64,000 nt of DNA from Eledone cirrhosa. Taxonomy: Eukaryota. Below, in pieces: positions 51,185 through 60,658 of this stretch (positions are counted from its first letter, which is position 1; every line of letters starts with the position of its first letter). A program made the translations under genes and the position numbers. The notes beneath the pieces are model-generated. The model was not told the origin of the DNA and did not search any database. It worked only from the letters and a program-made list of their open reading frames with translations. The stretch spans positions 23,498,001 to 23,562,000 of the forward strand of contig OZ024740.1 of assembly GCA_964016885.1 (NCBI GenBank). Direction: 5' to 3'.

Positions 51185-51325
51185 AGTTTATGTTGGTTGT
51201 ATATCAACACCTCAGTATGCAGGCTGGAGCACTCGACAAAGTGCGCAGGTTGGTTTGGTTACTCCGGAGTAGTGTAAAATAAAGTTAAATAAAAGTCAAA
51301 TGATTAAAATTTAGCTTCGTTTATT

Positions 51326-51380
51326 ACTGCTATATATATTTCAGTGACAGCCATCTTTGGCTGTGACCTCTTCAGGCAGT
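51326..51380 (-). ncRNA. Minimal type I hammerhead ribozyme (inverted-arm copy)
   Basis: Exact reverse complement of 53024-53078. Confidence 0.88.
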
Positions 51381-52098
51381 TTGAATTAGTATGGTATAGA
51401 CAAGTACATATGTTGTTTAGGTGTATAATATTGTCAATACTCTGATATGCCCAGTTACTTGTTGGATTGTTAATTCACTGAGGAACTGGAGTCATATGAA
51501 TTCAAACAAACGGATTTCAGTGTCAAAGGCCCCCTTCTCCTCTCATTGGTTAGTTATTAGAACATTCCTCATTCTAAGTGTTGTTATTGTTGGAGTTGGA
51601 TTAAAAATTGATAAAATGGTAGAAGGGACAAGGTGTTAAAGGAACAAAATAACAAAAAAAGTGTCAAACTTCCCATTGGTCAGTTCTGAGAGCATTCCTC
51701 AGTCAGAAGTCTATAGAATTATTTCTGGGGTGAGGCTCCCTGTAGTGTTTTTGCCTGCTATTGTTCAGTACATTTGACCTCCACCATTATTTTGGTACTG
51801 TTGTTGGTGTAGTGGTCAGTTTATATCTTGCTGCTGCTAACAATTTAGAAGTATCCAGTTTGTGTTTTTTCTTCATGCCTCCTGCCACCATCGTAGTGGT
51901 GGTGGTGGGGTGGTTCTTCCATGTATATGAAGAAATATAAGGCAATAAATGAAAAGAACAGAAAATAAATAAATAATATAATAAAATAATTAATATAATT
52001 TGTGTAATTTGAAAATAAATAAATAAATAGAGAATATAGAATAAATGAGAGATTGGTGAAAAAGTAATGAAAATGAATATGGAGAAGTGAGAAATAAT

Positions 52099-52283
52099 TG
52101 TTTCTACTTTTTGGCACAAGGCCAGCAATTACCCAGTGCATTACTGGTACTTTATTTTATCGACCCCGTAAGGATGAAAGGCAAAGTCAACATCAGCGGG
52201 ATTTGAACTCAGATCGTTAAGGGACGTAACTATGCTGGAAAGCATGGCATCCGACCCTCTACCGATACTGCCAATCCACCGGC
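52099..52283 (-). mobile_element. tRNA-derived SINE with 18-bp target-site duplication GGAGAAGTGAGAAATAAT (52081-52098, 52284-52301)
   Basis: Reverse complement matches the units at 50375-50765; single-copy empty site ATTATTTCTCACTTCTCC at 56400-56417 in the paralogous arm. Confidence 0.95.
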
Positions 52284-52698
52284 GGAGAAGTGAGAAATAA
52301 TGTAGGATAAAGTGTGTGTGTGTGTGCTATAACCAATCTCAAGGTCAGAATATGTTGGATAGATTGGTATGAGACAAGATGTTAAGATGAGATATTCAAA
52401 CTAAATGTGTTTGTGTTATAATCCATCTCAACTTAAAATAAATATAAGGTGATACAGTGAAGAGGGCAGAAAACAAATCACAAATTAATAAAGAGAAATC
52501 AAGATTTAAGATTGGAACTTGAAAGTCAGAAATCTGGTAAATTAAAAGTGTTTGTGTTATAGATGTTGGCCAAATTATTATGGCTGTGTCCGATTCTATC
52601 TCTAGGCTATCATGGTGACTGTTCCGCCTGGGTTGTTCAAACTATATGTGTTTGTGTTATAATCCATCTCAATTTAAAATAAATATAAGGTGATACAG

Positions 52699-53129
52699 TG
52701 ACTGAGGAATGCTCTCAGAACTGACCAATGGGAAGTTTGACACTTTTTTTGTTATTTTGTTCCTTTAACACCTTGTCCCTTCTACCATTTTATCAATTTT
52801 TAAGCTAACTCCAACAATAACAACACTTAGAATGAGGAATGTTCTAATAACTGACCAATGAGAGGAGAAGGGGACCTTTGACACTGAAATTCGTTTGTTT
52901 GAATTCATATGACTCCAGTTCCTCAGTGAATTAACAACCCAACAAGGAACTGGGTATATCAGAATATTGACAATATTATACACCTAAACAACATATGTAC
53001 TTGTCTATACCATACTAATTCAAACTGCCTGAAGAGGTCACAGCCAAAGATGGCTGTCACTGAAATATATATAGCAGTAATAAACGAAGCTAAATTTTAA
53101 TCATTTGACTTTTATTTAACTTTATTTTA
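52699..53129 (+). repeat. 5' pseudo-LTR (direct repeat of 56797-57226)
   Basis: TGACTGAGGAATGCTCTCAG...TTTATTTTA present at both positions with few substitutions. Confidence 0.95.
53024..53078 (+). ncRNA. Minimal type I hammerhead ribozyme (5' pLTR)
   Basis: Stem I ACTGC/GCAGT; core CTGAAGA; stem II GGTCACAGCCA-AAGA-TGGCTGTCACT (one C-C mismatch, closing G-U); GAAA; short stem III with palindromic ATAT loop; predicted cut after AUA at 53073. Such motifs are established in Penelope-like pLTRs. Confidence 0.9.
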
Positions 53130-53280
53130 CACTACTCCGGAGTAACCAAACCAACCTGCGCACTTCGTCGAGTGCTCCAGCCTGCATACTGAGGTGTTGG
53201 TATACAACCAACATAAACTCAAAATCTATCTAGCTCCCACACGGATTGAGCGCTTCAAACAGTAACGGACCTAAGTCACT

Positions 53281-55933
53281 ATGGATAAACTTGCAACCTT
53301 AGCGTCACTGAAGGACATCCCCCTACCTGATGAACGAGAATACACCAGTGATCTCATCAAGAGCACAGACTCCCTCATCCGTAGGATGAGATGGAAGGCG
53401 TTCCACTTCGAAAGAAGAACGCAGAAAATTACCAACACACAAAACATGGAGTACCTTTATCGATCAAGGAGGAATCCCCCCCCCCCACACAACAGACTAA
53501 TGGAGGAGTTTGAAAACGAGATGATTAACATGATATCCAACCTCAAATTCTCCGGAAACCCAACCAGAAGTCAGGAGTACCTCAGACACCTGAGAAACCG
53601 GATTACAGTACTTAAAGGGACAACTGGAATACTTGTCCATGCTGACAAAACAAACAACCTCTACAACATGAACACTGAACTGTACAATAAGCTAATCCTC
53701 AGGGAACTGAGGAAGTGCTACAAAAAACACCTGGATTTAACCTGGATGAGATCAATGCCACAGCTTACAGGATTATATCCAGAATCGGCATAGAGGACAG
53801 GACGGCCCCATACCAACCAAGGGAGCCGCGGATTACCCTTAAAGACCACAAGTCAAACTTTGAGTCCGACCTCCCTGTCAGACTAATAGCCCCCTCCAGA
53901 TCTGACCTAGGGATGGTCAGTAAAAGAATACTGAATAGGATTTTGCCCAAGCTTCGGAAGAAAACCAAATTACAGCAATGGTCATGCACGAGAGAAGTAA
54001 TAGAATGGTTCAAAATACTGCATGAGAAAAGTAGGACCAGCTTTATACAACTGGACATCGCAAGCTACTACTCCTCAATATCACCCATAGTACTTAATAA
54101 GGCCCTATTTTTAGCGATGTCCAATACGGACCTAACCCGAGAGGAAGTGAGCATCATCCACGCCGCAAGAAAGACCTTAATCCGCTTCGATGGAGACCTT
54201 TGGACAAGGAATGATTGGCCAAATAACTTTGGGCTCCAGCGACTCAGCGTAGGTAACGGACCTGGTTGGGCTCTACCTGCTGAAGCAGATAAAAGATGAA
54301 ATCCCCTGCCTGGGTGGCGGATTATATCGTGACGATGCTCTATTCACTGTACATGACCACAGCACCAATATGTTGGAGGGTATGAGGAGGCGTATTCGCC
54401 ATTTCTTTAAGAACCAGGGGCTCAGCATAGAAATAGACCCAAATAGGAAGGTAGTTAACTTCCTAGACACCACCCTAAACCTGAACACTGAGCAATACTA
54501 CCCCTACCACAAGCCCAACGAGAAACTCGTATATGTTAACGCCAAATCAAACCACCCTAGATCCATAACCAAGGCAGTGGTGAAGAGTGTCTCGGACAGG
54601 ATCTCCAGCCTGTCCGCAAGTAAGGAAATATTCAACAACCACGCGGAATATTACAACGCAGCTCTAAAGAAGGCGGCACATGGACAAAATATAACATATA
54701 GTCCGAAAAGCCGGGAGGTGGATAGCCCAACAGACACCCACAACCGCGTTGCCAGAGGGGGGAGGGCGAACCCTAACAATACAGGCAGAGCAGAATCAAA
54801 TAGGCACCATGTACCAGACACCACCACACGGGCGGTGGGGACTAGTGCGCTTGACCACGAGATGGAGCACAATATGAGTAGCAGTCTCAGGCGTGACGCT
54901 AACCACCCCAGGACGGACGACCCCAACCGCAGGACACGTGGGGGGGGGGGGGCAACCATCCCACGATGGATCTCCCGGGGCGGACAACGACCACCCCACA
55001 AATCCGGGCCGTGAAGATAACAAAACGCATAGAGCTCAAAGGGGAAGCAACAGTGCGGAAACCACCAGCAACCCAACAAATCTCCAACAAATCACGAAGC
55101 CCCCGACCCACACATATAGGAGGAGACACTGACAAATCACGTGGTACAACCCACCCTACTCAGCGGCCCTAAAGAAAAGCTTGGCCCGATTATTCTTTGG
55201 AGCACTTGACAAATGCTCCCCGAGGGACCACAAATACCACAGGATCTTCAACAGACACACTGTGAAGCTTTCGTATTCCACCACGAGAAATTTGGCCCAA
55301 CACATAGCTAGCATCAACAGAAGTAGGCTTAAAAACCACACACAACCAGAAGATGGCAATACAAACACTCAGCAGAACCATGCGAAAGGAGGTAAGGGGG
55401 GACCCAGAGCCCACCCAAGAAACACAAACAGACCCGAGGACCCCCCACCGAGCATGGGGGAAGACTAACATGTAACACATAACGAGAACCCTAATCTAGG
55501 CACGCAGAGGCCGACCACCCTCTGCAACTGCAGAAACCCCGAATCATGCCCCCTTGGTAATGAATATCTCAATAAGAACCTAGTGTACGGTTGTAGGGTT
55601 AAAACCCCCAACTCCGAACACCTCTACATAGGAGCCACATCAACGAGCTTTAAGGACCGCTGGTACAACCATCGCCATTCATTCAAGAAGGAGGCCAAAA
55701 GGAAAAGCACAGCTCTCTCCGACCTGATCTGGAAGCTTAAGCTGGACAGGACCCCATGCTCTCTGGCCTGGTACATAATCAGGAAAGGGGGATCTTGCAT
55801 ATGCAAACTATGCCTGAACGAGACCCTCGAGATACTAAGAGGTGGAAGCGGCCTGATAAACCTCAGAACCGACTTCTTCGGGACATGCAGACACCTTCGA
55901 GCCGGGATCTTTCTCAAGATATATGGACAGTAG
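53281..55933 (+). pseudogene. Disrupted Penelope-like polyprotein: reverse transcriptase + GIY-YIG endonuclease (Naiad-type)
   Basis: SLKDIP..LIRRMRWKA, ADKT, LKDHK..F...PVRLI, QLDIASYYSSI, GSSDSA*VTDLVGLYLL, GLYRDDAL, NFLDTTLNL, SNHP, WYNPPYS, CNCRNPESCPL, VY..YIGAT..FKDRWYNH, CKLCLNE, CRH. Frameshifts near 53725 (A run), 54230 (short deletion), 54945 (G run); in-frame stops near 54250, 55130, 55466. Confidence 0.93.
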
Positions 55934-56796
55934 CAACACAAGAAGATGTGAACTCCTCTCGAGCTATAGGGACTTCTACAGAACATGAAAACACCTCTCG
56001 GCCAGACCTCCCTCAAGCTATATGGGCAATAACAATACCCTAGGTTGTGAACTCCCCTCAAGCCACAGGGAACAACCCAGGCGGAGCAGACACCATGATA
56101 GCCTAGAGATAGAATCGGACACAGCCATAATAATTTGGCCAACATCTATAACACAAACACTTTTAATTTACCAGATTTCTGACTTTCAAGTTCCAATCTT
56201 AAATCTTGATTTCTCTTTATTAATTTATTTGTTTTCTTCCGTCTTCACTGTATCACCTTATATTTATTTTAAGTTGAGATGGATTATAACACAAACATAT
56301 TTAGTTTGAATATCTCATCTTAACATCTTGTCTCATACCAATCTATCCAACATATTCTGACCTTGAGATTGGTTATAGCACACACACACTTTATCCTACA
56401 TTATTTCTCACTTCTCCATATTCATTTTCATTACTTTTTCACCAATCTCTCATTTATTCTATATTCTCTATTTATTTTCAAATTACACAAATTATATTAA
56501 TTATTTTATTATATTATTTATTTATTTTCTGTTTTCTTCATTTATTGCCTTATATTTCTTCATATACATGGAATAACACCCCCCCTACCACCAGCACCAC
56601 CACCACTACGATGGTGGCAGGAGGGATGAAGAAAAAACGCAAACTGGATACTTCTAAATTGTTAGCAGCAGCAAGATATAAGCTGACCACTACACCAACA
56701 ACAGTACCAAAATAATGGTGGAGGTCAAATGTACTGAACAATAGCAGGCAAAAACACTACAGGGAGCCTCACCCCAGAAAGAATTCTATAGACTTC

Positions 56797-57219
56797 TGAC
56801 TGAGGAATGCTCTCAGAACTGACCAATGGGAAGTTTGACACTTTTTTGTTATTTTATTCCTTTAACACCTTGTCCCTTCTACCATTTTATCAATTTTTAA
56901 GCTAACTCCAACAATAACAACACTTAGAATGAGGAATGTTCTCATAACTGAACAATGAGAGGTGAAGGGGACCTTTGACACTGAAATTCGTTTGTTTGAA
57001 TTCATATGACTCCAGTTCCTCAGTGAATTAACAACCCAACAAGGAACTGGGCATATCAGAGTATTGACAATATTATACACCTAAACAACATATGTACTTG
57101 TCTATACCATACTAATTCAAACTGCCTGAAGAGGTCACAGCCAAAGATGGCTGTCACTGAAATATATATAGCAGTAATAATCGAAGCTAAATTTTAATCA
57201 TTTGACTTCTATTTAACTT

Positions 57220-57226
<7 letters not shown>
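56797..57226 (+). repeat. 3' pseudo-LTR
   Basis: Direct repeat of 52699-53129, ends in (TA)n. Confidence 0.95.
57121..57175 (+). ncRNA. Minimal type I hammerhead ribozyme (3' pLTR)
   Basis: Identical to 53024-53078; predicted cut after 57170. Confidence 0.9.

Positions 57227-57296
<70 letters not shown>
57225..57296. repeat. (TA)n microsatellite
   Basis: Perfect TA run between two Penelope-like elements. Confidence 0.99.
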
Positions 57297-57298
<2 letters not shown>

Positions 57299-58559
57299 CA
57301 CCTCACACCCAGGAATGAACCGCAACAGAAAACTTTACCATACATCTCCAAACACAACCCCCTGAACAATGAGGCATTCGACACCATCCTCCAGAATATT
57401 CCTTTACTAAAATGAGACCCAAGAATGAACAAAATCCTCCAAATACACATCATAAAGAGCAAAAGACAACCTAAATCCATAAAAAACATCCTCACACAAG
57501 CCATTCTCCAACCAACCCTCACAATGAACCCTACAGTAAAAAAAATGCGGAAGGCCCAATTGTGGCATATGCATAAATCTAATAGAAGGTTCAACATTCC
57601 ATTTTAAAAAAGGACAACATTTCACAGTTAAACACAACCTAATCTATGTTTTGACCTGCTCAGGTTGTCAAAAGCACTACATAGGACAGACAAAAAAACA
57701 ACCACGACAACGTATACCGTCCATAGATCACAAATCAAAATACAGGAATACAGAAAGATTGCTTTTAGTGAACATATCGCCAATTGTACACCTAACCAAC
57801 ATCCAAACTTTAAAATGTTCCCCATTTACAAATTCATAGACAACGCTTCTTTCATCCATCGTACCAATAAGGAAACGTACTTCATTAACAAATACCAACC
57901 TCTACTTAATGGACTAAACTTCGGACTAAACTAAAACTGGAACGAACAATAAACCAAAACCTAATGCCTATGTTCTCTAAAGAGTTACCTCCCTCACACC
58001 CTACCTAATCCTTTTTCTTATATAAATGAATTACCCCTCTCATTTCTCTCTCCCCTACCTGACCACCTTGAATTACCCCCACCCCCTGCATATTAACTCC
58101 CTAAAAAGGGAAATCATATCAAACCCAAGACTACCATTTACCTCCATCATGGATCAACTAAGCACTCATGCCATAACACATTTCGAACTACTTATCTTCA
58201 AGAACTATGCCTGTAAATAATATTATATTTTCTTTCCCATTACCTTATCATGTTCCACATTACCCCCTTTTTTTTCTTTTTATTTTTTATTTTCACTTCA
58301 AAAACCTTGTTTGCAAATAACATTATTCTTTCTTCACCATTTCCTTAACATTTTCAACATCACCAACATTGTACACCAATAATACATAAAATCCTGAAAC
58401 CGGTAATAGACAATTATTAAATATATAAATAGATAAATAAATAAATTAACTAATAGCTTAACACTTCTCACAAAGTAAAATATTTTGTTTTAAACATTTT
58501 CTAACCCGGAAAAAAGAGGAAAAAATTTTTCTTCCTAATAATCGTCTTTTTCTCACTAT

Positions 58560-58563
<4 letters not shown>
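57297..58563 (+). mobile_element. 5'-truncated, decayed Penelope-like element of a second lineage (Neptune-like): linker + GIY-YIG remnant (57297-57934) and presumed 3' noncoding region
   Basis: Frameshifted LPYISKHNP, KRQPKSIKNILT, KCGRPNCGIC (Cys linker), NLIYVLTCSGCQKHYIGQTK, SEHI, ETYFINKYQPLLN. 3' boundary inferred from the next (TA)n. Confidence 0.8.
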
Positions 58564-58597
<34 letters not shown>

Positions 58598-58599
<2 letters not shown>

Positions 58600-58852
58600 C
58601 CCACACAGTAAAGTGGTCGTATAGGTGCCACGTCAATGAGCATCCAGCTCATACAGTAAACTGGTCGTGTAGGTGTCACGTCAAAAGCACCCAGCACACA
58701 CTGTAAATGTTGTTGACGTTAGGAAGGGTATCTAGCCGTAGAAAACCGGCCCAAAACAGTCCTATATGAGCGAGACAGGGTCTCCCGACCTAACTTGCCT
58801 CAAACGGGACACACCTATGGTAGCGTGGAAAATTAAACGATGATGATGATGA
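58598..58852 (+). mobile_element. 3' part of a SINE/RTE-tail-like repeat ending in (GAT)n, with an internal ~49-bp tandem duplication
   Basis: GGTGYCACGTCAA..AGCAYCCAGC twice; GTTAGGAAGGGTATCTAGCCGTAGAAA; TTAAACGATGATGATGATGA tail; resembles recalled octopus SINE 3' ends. Confidence 0.7.
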
Positions 58853-58871
58853 AATATATATATACATACAT

Positions 58872-58943
<72 letters not shown>

Positions 58944-59709
58944 AACAACCACACACACAGACACACACACGCACGCACACACACACACACACACGCATAC
59001 ACACATACGCACACCCCCCAAAAAACACACATATATTGAGAGAGAAATATATATTAAGTGAAGGGGAGAGAAATAAATAGAGAGACAGTGAGAGAGGGAG
59101 GGAGAGACAAAGTGAGAGAGAGAGAGCGTGATGAAGAGGGAGAGGGTACAACATACGTAGATAGATAGACGTGTAAGCCGGTACATATATTTCGAAAATT
59201 TGATTTTTTTTCTCCAAATATTGAAACAGCAGATAGCAATTATATGAATCCAGTAAAAAGCTAGTTGAAATATCCGCCATCTTAGATTCAAAAGCTTGCC
59301 AAGATGGATGAAAAAGTGGAAGAAAGAAATATTGTTTTCATGCTAGATGCTGAAAATATTTTGCTGAAAGCCTTCTGGAAAAATATCGAGATATCTCTAA
59401 AAAAAATTGTGGTGATGACATCAAAGGAAATTTAGCAGTACTTTATGAATATTCGTACGTTAGTATGTATATTTGTATGTATTTGTATATATTTGTTTGA
59501 ATATACATATCTGTATATATATACACATCATTATACTTATATATATATATAGTGATGTATACAGATATGAATATTCAAACACATACATACATATATACAT
59601 ACCGACGTACGAATATATATATATATATATATATATAAAACCATACAAATACATATATATATCTATGTATATATTTATATATAAATAAAATAGGCATACA
59701 CATATATTA

Positions 59710-59788
<79 letters not shown>

Positions 59789-59955
59789 ATATATATATAT
59801 ATATATATAAACATATAAACATACGGGTGCTGTTTGCGTGTGTGTGTAGTATATTGGGCTATTGTGTATGTCTGTGCAAATCTGTGTTTATGCTTGCTTC
59901 TTAAATAAAATATGTAACATATGCTTCTCTGGGACGAAAATGGTTTTGGGGGAGT

Positions 59956-60038
<83 letters not shown>

Positions 60039-60440
60039 ATATATATATATGTCTATATATATATATATGTCTATATATATATATATATGTCTATATATAT
60101 ATGTGTGTGTATATACACGCACACATACATACAGGCGTATATGTATATACATGTGTTTACAAGCTTGAGCATGTGTATACATACGTGTGTATATCGATGT
60201 GTATGCATAGCGTTGAATTGGCATATTCATCTCGCTTAAGAGTAACACCGAAAAATATACCTACTAAAACATAAACACAAACGCACACTTGCACACGCAC
60301 AAACACACACACACTTACACACCCACACACACACACATGCCCACACAACCATGTATATATTTATATGAACTTTTCAGTTAAGACAGACGCAATACTTCAA
60401 AATATTTTATGGAAACGCATCTATCTATCTATCTATCTAT
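58853..60440. repeat. Microsatellite field: (TA)n, (CA)n, (GA)n, (TACA)n, terminal (ATCT)n
   Basis: Multiple runs, e.g. (TA)n ~58882-58938, ~59717-59808, ~59958-60035; (CA)n ~58950-59015 and ~60270-60345; (ATCT)n 60419-60441. Confidence 0.92.
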
Positions 60441-60658
60441 CAGTCGTGTGTCACTTCGCGGAGAAGTTTCCGTTAATTTATGTAAAGAAAAAACGTGAGT
60501 TTTTAGTTCAATTTTATATCATTGTGTAACTTGACCACCCGTCTGGACCTTCAGGTGGTGGGTCAACTCATTTTCGCCCCTTCAGGGGCGGAATATCCAT
60601 TTAAAAAATGTTTCTCCATCGAATCTTGGAAAAAATATTGTAAAATTTTGATTACGTT

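Noticed and set aside
51421-51639. A-to-I editing signature in the inverted arm
   Set aside because: Differences from the direct pLTRs are mixed transitions and transversions, not A-to-G biased.
55130-55132. In-frame TGA as selenocysteine (reported for some Naiad elements)
   Set aside because: It falls in a basic RRRH*Q tract, not at a Cys position, best explained by CGA to TGA; the ORF has other stops and frameshifts and I see no SECIS.
58390-58412. Hammerhead in the second Penelope-like fragment (GAAACCGGTA palindromic stem III)
   Set aside because: Only the 3' half is present; no upstream CTGANGA core found, so at most a remnant.
59190-59460. MITE/DNA transposon remnant (CCATCTTAG..CAAGATGG, short palindromes)
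   Set aside because: No terminal inverted repeats or TSD could be delimited; left unannotated.
58458-60348. YIYI/CVCV-rich ORFs
   Set aside because: Translations of (TA)n and (CA)n microsatellites.
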